From positions 25,854,001 to 25,918,000 of the forward strand of contig NC_042998.1 of assembly GCF_006345805.1 (NCBI RefSeq): a stretch of DNA of 64,000 nucleotides, in the 5' to 3' direction. The number at the start of each line of letters is the position of its first letter. Position 1 is the stretch's first letter. A program made the translations under genes and the position numbers. The notes under the pieces were generated by a model. That model searched no databases. It saw only the letters and a program-made list of their open reading frames with translations, and had not been told where the DNA came from. The stretch comes from Octopus sinensis. Its lineage: Eukaryota. Positions 35,639-48,905 of the stretch are shown piece by piece.

Positions 35639-36284
35639 TAACAGATAAAAGTGGACGATTTTAGTAATTTTGAGCTGGTAATCTTCGTTTACAATTGAAT
35701 GTCAGTGTAAATAAGACAAGGCATTACAAATAATAGATAAAACATTATTGAAACATATGACCCTGTCAAAACTAAGATAAAAGGAAAACTGTAACACTGT
35801 TTATTGTGAAGTTGTTAGGATGCATGATGACAACGATGATAATGATGATGTTAATGATGCGGAAGGCAAAAGTACAAACGACAATGGCAGCGATGATGGT
35901 AATGGGGAATGAATAGAATTTTTATTTTTATAGTCTTTAAAAGCGATAATGTGGTACGAAATATTGTTCAAGTGAAGAGACAATCAGCTTCACCAAACAT
36001 CTTCGCAAAACATCAAAATGTATTTATTGATTGATATTTTGAAAATTTTCAAATAAATTCCTTTCATCAAGTATATAGAATATACACAAGAAAATAAACC
36101 AAAACAATATCTATAAGCAGTAAAATATGACTCCAGATATATTTTACTGAAGAGGCTTAATGAGAATGAAACATGGCCATTGCTTTTACTGTTTGGCTTT
36201 AAAAGATCCACTCAAATTTCATTCATTTAATTTTATTGGAGATATCTCATGCACATTTTTGTCTTGAGGTTTTTGAATTCTTCT

Positions 36285-36588
36285 AAAGCACCATTCGGGC
36301 ATGATCGTTACCAGCGTCGCCTTACTGGCACAAGTGCCAGTATGCTGGTGGCACGTAAAAAAAACACCATTTGGGCATGGCTATTGCCAGTACCACCTGA
36401 CTGGCACGTAAATGCACCCACTACACTTTTGGAGTGGTTGGCATTAGGAAGGGCATCCAGCTGTAGAAACTCTGCCAAATCAAGATTGGAGCCTGGTGCA
36501 GCAATCTGGTCTGCCAGTCCTCAGTCAAATCGTCCAACCCATGCTAGCATGGAAAGCGGATGTTAAACGATGATGATGATGATGATAG
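36285..36588 (+). mobile_element. RTE-type 3' UTR copy
   Basis: Tandem units, terminal block and (GAT)n. Confidence 0.8.
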
Positions 36589-36624
36589 ATTTTGTCTATG
36601 AATTGCATTCGTTTACACTATTAT

Positions 36625-36945
36625 TCTTTTACTTGTTTCAGTCATTTGACAGTGGCCATGCTGGAGCACCGCCTTTAGTCGAGCAAATCAACCCCAGGAC
36701 TTATTCTTTTGTAAGCCTAGTACTTATTCTATCAAACTCTTTTACCAAACTGCTAAGTTACAAGGACATAAACACATCAACAAACGCAGACATACAAACA
36801 CACATATATATATATACATGACAGGCTTCTTTCAGTTTCCGTCTACCAGATCCACTCACAAGGCTTTGGTTGGCCCAAAGCTATAGTAGAAGATGCTTTC
36901 TTAAGGTGCCATGTAATGTAACTGAACCTGGAACCAGGTGGGTGA
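36625..36945 (-). mobile_element. SINE family B
   Basis: Reverse copy. Confidence 0.8.
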
Positions 36946-37140
36946 GAAGACATACCAGTGTCTACAAAAAACATAACAATAAACAAACAAAAATATATAT
37001 GTATTGGAATCTCCTAGAAAATTTTCTTTAATTTTCATGCCATTTATCGGTTCACACAAGGAAAAGAAAGCAAACCTCTGCATGGCCACAGTCAAATGAC
37101 TGAAGCAAATAAAAGAATAAAAGAATATATATATATATAT

Positions 37141-37510
37141 TATTGTGTCTGGAGAGAGTCATTCTCTTTTAGTGCCTTATTGATTGAACACACTCACAGG
37201 TTTCCACCTTTTCCTTACTTATTTTTACTAAAATTTTTGTCATGACTTGCATTCTTTTCAATAGTCGTTGACTCTGTCTTTCATCGGAATTGTGTTCTGA
37301 TTCCAATTTCAGTAACAGTCAGAGTCTATGACTATTGGAAAGGTCAAGTCATAATGAAAACTTTAGTAAAACTAAATAAGTAAATGAGTGGAAATTGGTG
37401 AGTGTGTTAAATTAATAAGACACTAAAAGAGAATGACTCTCACCAGACACAAAATATGTTTCAACACACAAATTCACATAAAGAATCTTGCAAACGAAAT
37501 ACAAAAACGA
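37141..37510. mobile_element. fold-back element family P (copy 4)
   Basis: Same outer ends as copies 2 and 3 but a different turn near 37300. Confidence 0.7.
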
Positions 37511-37519
37511 ATATATATA

Positions 37520-37520
37520 T

Positions 37521-37594
<74 letters not shown>

Positions 37595-37607
37595 GGATGG
37601 ATGGATG

Positions 37608-37683
<76 letters not shown>

Positions 37684-37735
37684 TGGATATGTATGTATGT
37701 ATGTATGTATGTATGAATGTATGTATGTATGTATG
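37520..37735. repeat. (AGAT)n/(ATGT)n microsatellite
   Basis: Directly visible. Confidence 0.95.
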
Positions 37736-38857
37736 TTGTTCTGAATCTGTGTTTGTCCCCCATGACTACTCAACAATTAATGTTGGTGTGTTTACATCTC
37801 CATAACTTAGCAGCTTGTCAAAAATGTCTGATAGAATAAGTACCAGATTTTTAAAGAAAATAATAATAATTGCCGGGATTGATTCCTTCAACCAAAAAAT
37901 TCTTCAAGGCAGTGCCCCAGCATGGCCATCAGCTAATGATTGAAACAAGCAAATGATAAAAGATAATAGTATTCACTCCACTAGTACAAGGGCCATTTAT
38001 GTCTGCTTTGATGTGACTAAGACGTTACACCAGTTGACACATCACTTCATACTTGGGTCTACACTATCACTATAAAACAGTGTGTGACATGTGAGACATT
38101 TGGCTGCTATTTCTTGCATGACAAATGACCTTGTGAAGATGTCTTCATTAACTTATTGATTAGAGATTATCATTTATAATGGTCCTCACTGACCACCTTC
38201 TATCAACAGTCTGTGATAGCCTCTACACAATCACTCAAACAGTTAAAGCTAGCTGCTAAATCTCCTTTAAACCACATATATTACCACCTTAAGAGAGAAA
38301 GAATACTATCTGTGGATGATATAATCCTAAATACACGATGTCTGTGTATAAAACGAAAAATATTTGGATAGTCACAGATGAAATTACTTTAATTAATTAA
38401 CATTCCGCTGATCTGGAACCCAATCTATGACAACCCCACCATCTCATTTTGTAAGTACTTGTCTTTCATTTTACATTGTTAGCACAAGTAGTGGCATCAT
38501 TTGTAATTTAGGAAATTTGTCTTTGAGATAAAATCATAACTGACAGAGACCTTCTTTAGTGCTGGTAATATGGTGAAATGCACCCTTTTCATTTTCATGC
38601 TTTGAAATGATTAGTGATAAGTTGTGAGGAAGTGATGTAGATATTGCATGCAGGTTACCCACCAAGGAGGGTAGTAATGCTAAATAAAGAGTTGCTGTGT
38701 GGTAAGTAGCTTGCTTATCAACCACATGGTTCCAGGTTCAGCCCCACTGCATGGCACCTTGGGCACGTGTCTTTCTACTATAGCCTCGGGCCGACCAAAG
38801 CCTTGTGAGTGGATTTGGTAGATGGAAACTCAAAGAAGCCCGTCGTATATATATATA

Positions 38858-39588
38858 TCTAATATAGGATAAAATTTTTCGAAAAGAATTCTATCAATGG
38901 CCAGCATATTAAAAAATACCTTTGAAGGTTAAATTTATAAACAACTTATAAACAAGGGCAAAAGAAAAAAGTTCTAATGCCAAATATGCCAAAAATAATC
39001 AAATCGTCAATAACCATATAATTTATCACTATAAGCACACGTCTCGAAGTAAGCCAACAGAAATTTCTAAAACATTCCATTATTATAGTATCAGTCTCAA
39101 TTTCAGTGTTAATTCATAAGAATTTTCTCCTCGTCAGCAATAAATACGTTAAGAAATAAATGAAATACTTACCTATACCCATAGAAGAAGCAAATACTAA
39201 GTCATGAGCACACTTAAGTACCCCAAATATATCCAAAATAGAAATTCTCCAGCACACCTCGAGACATGTACGATCGGACTGAAAACTCTCATAGAGTGAG
39301 AGAGTCCGGAAGTGAACACTATTAAATTTATTTCTAATATAGGATAAAATTTTTCAAAACAAATTCTATCAATGGCAAGCATATTAAAAAATACCTTTAA
39401 AGGTTAAATTTATAAACAAGGGCAAAAGAAAAAAATTCTAATGCCAAATATGCCGAAAATAGACTGTCGGCTTACTTCAAGATGTGTGCTTATAGTGATA
39501 AATTATATGGTTATTGACAATTTGTCTATTTTCAGCATATTCGGCATATTTTGGCATATTTGGCATTAGAATTTTTTTCTTTTGCCCT
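38858..39588. mobile_element. direct-plus-inverted repeat structure, Penelope-like architecture
   Basis: 38858-38997 is repeated at 39333-39460; 39463-39588 is the reverse complement of ~38953-39060. Confidence 0.55.
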
Positions 39589-41573
39589 TGTGCCTAGAGT
39601 AGAAAAGAATATTCTAACAGTGAGCTAGCAGAATCATTTGTATATTGGGCCAAATGCTTGGCAACATTTCGCCCATCTTTGCATTCTGAGTTCAAATCCT
39701 GCCAAAGTTCACTTTGCCTTTCATCCTTTCGAGGTCAATAAAATAAGTACCAGTTGTGTACTGGGGTCAATGTAATTGACATGCCCATTTCCCCCCAAAT
39801 ACTGGCCTTGAGCCAAAATTTGAGACTGATATTTATTTTGGTTGAGCCAATAACGTGCTCTTTGCATGGGAACTCAACCTGCTAGAAATAGCAACGAAAT
39901 TCTTTCACATGCTAAAAGGAGACGGAACACAATGACAAATGTAATCCTAGATATATACAAATATGGGATTGGCATGGCTAGAATATCTTTGATCATATTT
40001 GTCTGCTCAGCCAAGGCTGACCTGGGGGGGGGTCTTAACAATAACAACACCAACAACAACAACTTGTTTTGGTACCTAATTTTACCAAGGTTAGTTATTA
40101 TTGTAAACAAAATAATGTTCATTGCTCCAGGGAGGAAGAATACAATATCAGTGTTCGCAGTGTTTGAATATACGATCTTTGGTCAATAGTCTAAACTCTT
40201 TGCCACCAGGCTTCCACCATTAAAAGAACAATATTCAAGCAATTTTGCTCTTTATAACAACAACAACCACAATAAAAAAAAAATAATAATAAAAAAATAA
40301 AACATAGTAACCCAACATGTGAGATAGAATCTTGTCTCTAAGTTGTGATTAAAGCAGATTTCTTACTCTCTCTCTCTCTCTCTCTCCTGCTCTCTCGCTC
40401 TTCTTTCTCTCTTTCTCTCTATTATAACCTTGTAGTTATGATTGTATTATCATTTCCTGCTTAGTTAAAATGTTTACATCCTTATCAGATTATTATTACC
40501 TTATTGCAGTAGACATTAGTTCGATGGCTTCGTCGAATTTTTCTTTTCTTTTCCTCTTTTCTCTGTTATCATTGATTAACTTTATTTACAATCTCTCTGC
40601 TTAGTGCTGCCGGTAACTTGCAGTGTTTTACATTCAGCAGCTTTATTCTCAGAAGCTTTTCATCACAAGAAATTCTTACATTATGTATTCATTTGATCTT
40701 TTTTCCCCCCCTTTTTTCCCCTCATTTCTTTCTTGCTGACCATTAATGTCTTTGCTCTTCGTTCTTATTTTAGCTATAGGTTTTGACTTCAACTCTATAT
40801 TCTAATAATGTTTTTGCATTATTTTTATTTTTACCCTCCCACTGACTATTGAATACATTCAGTATTTAGTTTCTTTTGATGTGTCTTTCAGATGTTTCTT
40901 TTATGCTTGTTGCTTTGTGTAAAGATTTCTTCATTTTCAGTTTTGATAACCATTTTGACCTAAGAATGATATTTTCTTTGCAATAACCTGCCTTACAGCT
41001 ATAAGATATCATGTATTTTTCTTTCTTGCTACTTAGATATTCAATGACCATTACGCTAAACCTTCTTACCAAAATATAAAAGAATTACAAAATGTGTATA
41101 TTTCTGTTTCTATTCCTATTTCCCTTTGTTTTGCTTTTATACGGAGTTTGTTTCTTTTTGCCAATAATAATTTCAGAGTAAATTGGTAATATTTACCCTA
41201 TCTTCCTTCAAGTTTCATTCTCTATACCTCATTGGGGAATATTCATCTTATTTTCATCTGCTGACTGATAAAGACTGAAAAATATTACTACCTGTCATCT
41301 TCTATAATGTGTATGCTATGGTTAGTTGATAAAATCACATGCAGGAATGCAGAGAAAAGAAGAAGAAAAAAACAATAAAGGTAGAACTGTTTGTATCTAA
41401 AAAGTATAGGGCTATAACCACGAGTGTTGTGAATTTGATAGCTGTTAAGCTCAATTTCAGATTTATATTCGTATATGTGTTTCATTTGTGTTAGTCATAA
41501 GTTTAAGTGATATTACTAAACTGGATATTTGTTAGTAACACATCACCTCTTGACCAGAACCGTTTTTATATAA

Positions 41574-42039
41574 CCCTTTTGCTACTGTATTTATTTTGAG
41601 ATGCTTTGTGTTTCTTTCAATTACTTTAAATATAACAAAGAATTTAGTAAAATAACTTTGTTATCATTCAGCTTGTGTTAGGAACATACATTGTGACTAA
41701 GGTTTGGTGGAAGATTTTAATTCATAACTTATTTCTAGAGACAAGACATTTCTACTACAGAGCCAGAGCCAGTTTCAGCTGGGTTGGTAACAAAAGGGTT
41801 AAATTAATCATATGTTAACCCTTTTGTTGCCATATTTCTGTTGAGATGCTCTGAGTTTCTTTCAATTAATTTTAAATATAACAAAGAATTTAGTAAAATA
41901 ACTTAGTTATCATTAAGCTAGTGTTAAGAATATAAATTGTGACTAAGGTTTGGTGGAAGAGTTTAATTCAAAACTCATGAAAACAAGACATTTGTACTCA
42001 GAGCCAGAGCCAGTTTCAGCTGGGTTGGTAAAGAAAGGG
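41574..42039. mobile_element. two tandem piggyBac-type MITEs
   Basis: 41574-41798 and 41819-42039; same family and same spacer as 26382-27063. Confidence 0.8.
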
Positions 42040-42749
42040 TTAATACCATATTCCTGATGATATGCACAGTCAATTTTCAAACTAATCAAGAACTTCCAGG
42101 GAGTCATTAAAATAAGTTTACCATTATTTAGTCGGTGTTTAGAACATAATATAAATGTTTTTTTTCCATAAAATTATAACAGACTGTTTTGATTTCAATA
42201 CAAACATGTTTTGTATCCTAGAATCACACATGGTCAGGAGCAAAAGAGAGATTGACTTTTTACATCATAGTTACACAGCAATATGAAATTTTTGACAATC
42301 AATAGAAAGCGCAAACTCAGATAAAATATATGAATATATGTGATGTTTGTTTTCTAATGTTCTATTGATTTCCTTCAAATCTTTCATCCAACTTGCTGAC
42401 ATCAAGTCCTTTGCTCAAACTAGTTCCAAGCATCATTTTGCTGTTAGATATAAATTTTATATCTCATGTTGCCTTCATTTAATTTGTAGTTGTTAGATTT
42501 CATATAACATACTTTATTTCGGTAACAGATACACACACATGCACACACACACACACATGCACGCACACACACACACACTTACACACATACTTATGTACAT
42601 ACATACAAGACTACTCTGTTTGATGTTATCTAAAATCAAATGGTAGTCTTGTGCGTAAGATAGAAAGAGGTTCTTTCTTCATTGGGGAGGAATTCAAACG
42701 AAAAAAATAAAAGCATATATATGTATATACATATATACATATATATATA

Positions 42750-42905
42750 TAGGCGCAGGAGTGGCTGTGTGGTGAGTAGCTTGCTTACCAACCACATGGT
42801 TCCGGGTTCAGTCCCACTGCATGGTACTTTGGGCAAGTGTCTTCTACTATAGCCTCAGGCCGACCAAAGCCTTGTGAGTGGATTTGGTAGACGGAAACTG
42901 AAGGT
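42750..42905 (+). mobile_element. SINE family B 5' half, ending at (ATT)n
   Basis: Head GGCGCAGGAGTGGCTGTGTGG to GGAAACTGAA. Confidence 0.8.
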
Positions 42906-42916
42906 ATCTTTCAATG

Positions 42917-42983
<67 letters not shown>

Positions 42984-45154
42984 CGTTATTGGTATATTTA
43001 ATAATCCTAAATGTGTTAAAGTTGAAATTTCTTATTTCTATGTTGCTACAACAAAAGCTTTTAAACACTTCATGTCTAAATTTAAATAATTTTGCATTTA
43101 AATTCGTATGCACTGTGCTGCCTGACCAGCTCCCATGTTGGTGGCATGTAAAAAGCACCATTCAAGCGTGGTCATTACCAGTACCACCTGACTGGCCCTT
43201 GTCCTGGTAGCATGTAAAAAGCACCCTCGACACCCTTTGAGTAGTTGGCATTAGGAAGGACATCCAGCTGTAGAAACCTTGCCTGATCAGATTAGAACCT
43301 GATGCAGCCTCCTGGCTCGCCAGTCCTCAGTCAAACCGTCCAACCCATGCCAGCATGGAAAGCAGTCGTATGATGACAAACGAAACAGTGAAGCAGAACC
43401 CTTTACTCTGACAATCAAACAAAGAATCTGAGAAGCATGACATGGAAACCATTCTTTGGTGGAAGGACATCGAATTTTTTTCATATTTCCATATCACTGT
43501 ACAATATATCTAGCATTGAATCGAAAGTCATCAGCTTAATTGATAAAGGGCTGACTGTCATGAATGATTGTCATTATTGATTCCAAACTATGTTGAGAAT
43601 GGAGAAGAAACAGTTCCAATAAATTACATACCGGTTGATCAGTATGTGTCAAGGATTGCTGAAGTAAAACTAAATGGATTTATGGTGCAATTGTGAAGAA
43701 ACTCAGTTTAAGAGTTACTTGATCCAAAGACACAAGGGTCAAAAGAAACAACACCCAAATCAAACTCAGTCATGGAATTACCCTGCACCATTGCCGACTA
43801 GACACATATTGGATGCATTTGATTAATGGTAGTTGCACAAAACTGAGGCATATTTATCATCATCAGTTGCCAATCATAACTCACAGTCATTTCTGTAACC
43901 AACACTACAGCTGCACAGATTTGACAGGCAGTGATGGGCACCACTGAAACCTTTGCTGTTATTAGTTATGTACATAAACAATTTATTATTATTTTAACTT
44001 ACAAGGCAGCAAGCTGGTAGAATCATTTGTCTGTCTTTATATTCACAATTAAAATTCCGCCGAGGTACACTTTACCTTTCATCCATTCAAGTTTGGCCTT
44101 GTACCAAAATTTGGAACCATTATTATTTTAAATTATGTTCTCAAATCTTGAACTATTTAATGATTAAAACATGTCTCATTAGTGTACAAAATTCAAGATA
44201 TATTACTTTTTTATTTGTTTCATCATTCATAGTAGATTATTATACGGAAATTAGAAGCATTCATTAATATATTCCATAATTTAATTACTGCCTTCTTATT
44301 TTAGTAATCATTTATCCAATAATATCAGTACAAAGCACAGAAAGGAGTACTTTTGCATTATGTGTAGCACATTTCATTTTGGCTATACACATGCACACAT
44401 ACACACACACACACACACACACAACACACACACACGCACACACACACACACACACATACACACACACACACACACACACTCACATACACACACACACACA
44501 CACACACATTGATTTGTCACATGTATTTCACATGCATCACTGGCAAGTGTGTATAATGTGCATTTATCAATATTTTAGTGTCACACTGCTAAATGAACCA
44601 TATTAGGATAAAGTAAGAGAACGGCCATTAGGTATGTACTATAAAAGTGGTTGATTGTTGTATTCTGGGTGTGAATATTGGCTTCTGCAAGAATTATTGT
44701 GATTTGAAGTTTCCACACATGGCCATCTCTAATAACCATGCAAGTGTCAAAGCTGGAATTTCCTTGTTTCTATGTTGCTACAACATTACTCTTTTAGATT
44801 GTCACACATCAGCTCATAAACACACACACACACACACATAAGTGTGCATAGGCACATGCACATACATGCATCTATATCATCTTTTACTTGTTTTGATCAT
44901 TGGATTGCAGCCATGCTGGAGCACTACCTTGAAAGCTCTTAGTCCATCGAATTGATCCCAGGACTTATCTTAAAGCCTGGTAGTTTTTCTGTGGGACTCT
45001 ACTGGCAAACCGCAAAGTTAGAAGTACATAAACAAATCACCATCAATTACCAAGTGATGAAGGAGACAGACATAAACACAAAGACGCATACATAAATATG
45101 TAAATACATATACATACATATATATATATATATTTGGGGGGGGAGGCCGGTTAA

Positions 45155-45218
45155 TGGGGTTACCCTGGGTCTCGTGTCCATAAAGGTTTTAACTTTATGG
45201 TGTATCATCAGACTCCAA
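45155..45218 (-). ncRNA. type I hammerhead ribozyme, one core substitution
   Basis: TGGAGT CTGATGA TACA CCATAAAG TTAAAAAC CTTTATGG ACAC GAGA CCC A GGG TA ACCCCA. GAAA reads GAGA; 8-bp stem II; triplet GUA. Confidence 0.7.
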
Positions 45219-45263
45219 AACCTGTTGGCCTACAAATGATACATATATATATATAATATACAT

Positions 45264-45323
<60 letters not shown>

Positions 45324-45521
45324 ATATATTATATATATATATATATTATATTAAATTAGAGATAAAACCACTATTAGGCAAATCAAACAATGAAAAACTT
45401 AAGCCAATACATAAAATTAATTAATTTATATTATTTTAAATATATATCAAAATTATTAAAAGTTTAATAAAAGATAATGAGTAAAACACTACGATCATTT
45501 CATGGCTGTCCAATTATATAT

Positions 45522-45563
<42 letters not shown>

Positions 45564-45574
45564 GTATATAGCGT

Positions 45575-45742
45575 TAGGAAGGGCGTGTGGCATTAGGAAG
45601 GGCATCCAGCTGTAGAAACACTGCCAGATCAGACTGGGCCTGGTGCAGCCTTCTGGCTTCCCAGACCCCAGTTGAACCGTCCAACCCATGCCAGCATGGA
45701 AAGCGGACGTTAAATGATGATGATGATGATGATGATGATGAT
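45575..45742 (+). mobile_element. RTE-type terminal block
   Basis: Shared terminal sequence and (GAT)n tail. Confidence 0.8.
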
Positions 45743-46222
45743 ATATGTATATATATATTTATATATACATACATGTGTGTGTGTGTGTTTCAGTGAGCCT
45801 CTTTTCAGTTTCTGTCAATGAAATCCATTCACAAGACTTTAATTGTCTTGGAGTTATAGTCGAGCTATAGTAAAAGACACCTAGCATAAAGTGCTATGTA
45901 GTGGTACCGAACCTGGAACTATGTGGTTGGGGAGCAATCTTCTTACCACACAGCCATGCCTCTGTGGCTGGTCAAGTTCATTCATTACTCAGTTTTACAT
46001 TATCACCTGGCCCTTACACACACTAAGTAGAGTCCAATTGTGGCAAGTATTTGTACCAGGTACAGGGCTTGGTTGAGTGGTAAGAAGTTTACTTCCCATC
46101 TACATAGTTCTGAGTTCCATCCTACAGTGTGACACCTTGGGATAGTGTCTTCTTGGGCTGAGCAAAGCCTTGTGAATAGATTTCATAGACAGAAATTGAA
46201 AGACGCGCATTATTTAGATATG

Positions 46223-46276
46223 AAATCCACCTGATGAATGTCATTTGAAGACAGGAAACAATTGTAGTGGCGATTT
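46223..46276 (+). ncRNA. type I hammerhead ribozyme, intact core
   Basis: AAAT CCAC CTGATGA A TGTC ATTTGAA GACA G GAA ACAATTGT A GTGG CG ATTT. Perfectly palindromic stem III ACAATTGT; triplet GUA. Confidence 0.85.
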
Positions 46277-46356
46277 ATTTACTTTATATTAAAATTTTTT
46301 ATGTATTGATTAAGTCTTTCCTTGTTTGATTTGCAAAATAGTGGTTTTGTCTCTAA

Positions 46357-46399
<43 letters not shown>

Positions 46400-46507
46400 T
46401 ATATATATTCAATAATAACAAAGGGTAAAATTAATTAATTAAGAAGTATAATTTCACCAAGTAGAATTCGGGATGAAAAAAGGACCATTTCATGGTAAAC
46501 TTAAATA

Positions 46508-46730
46508 ATACTAGATAATTAGGGTTCAGCAAAGATTTGCTTTACCACATACCGAAGTTTAGAAATAGCAGCCAAAAAACGTTAGCTATTTCTTCTACTT
46601 TAAAAAGGGACTCCCAGAAAAACCAAAATACTTGAAAACAATCCACAAGAAATAGCTAACGTTTTTTTGGCTGCTATTTCTAAACTTCGGTATGTGGTAA
46701 AGCAAATCTTTACTGAACCCTAATTATCTA

Positions 46731-46734
<4 letters not shown>
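46508..46734. repeat. 87-bp inverted repeat with 52-nt spacer
   Basis: 46508-46594 versus 46647-46734, one mismatch and one 1-nt indel. Ends in (TA)n. Confidence 0.9.
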
Positions 46735-46774
<40 letters not shown>

Positions 46775-48090
46775 CTTTTTCTACTCTAGACACAAGGCCT
46801 GAAGTTTTGGGGAATTAGATCAATGCCAGTATGCAACTGTGCTTAATTTATCAACCCCGAAAGGATGTAAGGCAAAGTCAACCTTGGCGGAATTTGAACT
46901 CAGAACGTAAAGACAAACAAAATACTCAGCCTGCTAACATTTATGCCAGCTCACTGCTCTTTCTCCTCTGATTGAGCCATACAAAGTAATTATTCTTCTA
47001 CATTTTCATTAAATTATTTTTGCATTGCAATTCAAATGCTAAAAATTATTTTATATAAATTATATTTTATTTTAAAATTGAACAAAAATTTAAGCAAATA
47101 CAAATCTAATGATAATTTTACATGTTGAAATTATATCTCAGAGGATTATGTAAAATTTTATTCAATTACAAAAAGAAGATTAATAACAATTAAATAAATA
47201 ATAACCATCATTGTACCAATTTTAAGAAGCAAGAAACATGATCATGTTCAAAATGATGTAATCCAATGTTTTATTCATAAAGATAAAACAAAATGGTTAA
47301 GAATTATATATCTTGACCATTTGGCGTATTTAAATTTTTCCTGTTTTGGCTTAGGTTGGCCCTATGTTTCAATCTTGAAGGAACTCTGATCTTAACACCT
47401 TATTTCTATCCAGGTGTTCTTTGGTTTGCTTTTGAGAAAGGTAGATTACAATGCAGAATCTCACACTTAGGTGTATTAATTTGCATTACATATCCACATA
47501 GGTACAGGTGTGGCTGTGTGGTAAAAAGCTTGCTTCCCAACCAAATGGTTCTGGGTTCAATCCCACTGCCTACTACCTTAGACAAGTATCTTTTACTTTA
47601 ACCTTGGACTAACCAAAGCCTTGAAAGTATATTTGGTAGACAGAAACTGAAAGAAGCCCATCTATATAGCTGGCAAAAAAAAATGAGTAGTACCTGTATT
47701 TCAAAGGGCCAGCCTTGTCACACTCTGTCATGCTGAATCTTCCTGAGAACTACATCAAGGTTCATGTGTCTGTAGAGTGCTCAGCCACTTGCATGTTAAT
47801 TTCACGAACAAGCTGTTCCATTGATCGTATCAGCTGGGACCCTCCTTGTTGTAACTGATGGAGTGCCCCTGACTATATATATATATATATATATATACAT
47901 ACACACACACACACACACACACACAATGGGCTTCCTTCAGTTTCCGTCTATGAAATCCACTCACAAGGCTTTGGTCAGCCCAAGGCTATGGTAGAAGACA
48001 CTTGCCCAAAGTGCCATGCTGTGGGACTGAACCTGGAACCATGTGGCCACACAGCCATTCCTGCACCTAGCTTCTTACCACACAGCCACA

Positions 48091-48436
48091 TTGTTACCTT
48101 CACCTCAGTTGCGTTTGTTTGTCCATGGACCAGATATCTCAAGAACCAGTGAATAGATTCGGATGAAACTTTCAGGAATGTTTGGCCTCTTGACTGGCAT
48201 GAACTGATTAGACTTTGGGATCGATCCGGTACCGGACAAGAATTCTGAATTATTTATTCTGTTTTTTTTTACTTAATTTTTGAGAGTGCTCAGGCTTATT
48301 TTTAGCATTCTCGTTTGTGAGAGAAGCCAAAGTTATTTCAGATATTCTCATTTTAAAAAATCATCTCTGGCTAATCGTTGAGAGGACGTTGGTGTTGCCC
48401 TGGTGGAGGTTTGTGCTCTCTGAATACTCTGGTTTT
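48091..48436 (+). mobile_element. Helentron-associated (HINE/DINE-1-like) element
   Basis: Subterminal IR ACCTTCACC / GGTGGAGGT, body ATATCTCAAGAACC...GATGAAACTTTC, short 3' hairpin, T-rich ends. Confidence 0.5.
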
Positions 48437-48732
48437 GAATTTATCTTGCATTATCCTGTAGCTTCAAGATTTCAATGACATGATCGTTCGTTTTTTAGAA
48501 TGACATTGTGCAGTAGACATTTATGACTTGTAGGCAAGCAGTATTTCGTTTAATATACTTTATAGCATATTATAGTTGCATGACGAAATACTGCATAGCT
48601 ACAAGTCATTAATATTTACATACCAACTTCCAGGAATGCATTTAATATGTAAATTGGTATATCCAATAACTAAACACTACTGTAAACATTGGCTTTTTAA
48701 GCAATGTGTTTGAAGATGGTTAAAGGGCTTGA

Positions 48733-48782
48733 TGGGTGCAGATGAAGGGGCAAAAACCCACGAAATATGGCATATACACCTA
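48733..48782 (+). ncRNA. degenerate type I hammerhead ribozyme
   Basis: TGGGTG CAGATGA AGGGG CAAAA ACCCAC GAAA TATG G CATA TA CACCTA. U4 is changed to A. Confidence 0.65.
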
Positions 48783-48905
48783 TTACCCTTTTCTCATCTT
48801 TGATCTCATTGTTTGTTGACATCTGATGTCTCATATACGAAATGTAACAAAAATCAGTGTTGGCTACAAATTCTGTAGAATATCTGTAGAGGTGACCCGA
48901 ATAAG

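Noticed and set aside
39080-39145. Minus-strand CTGACGA core with possible TTATTG/TAATAA stem I
   Set aside because: Stem II does not close onto GAAA and stem III does not pair.
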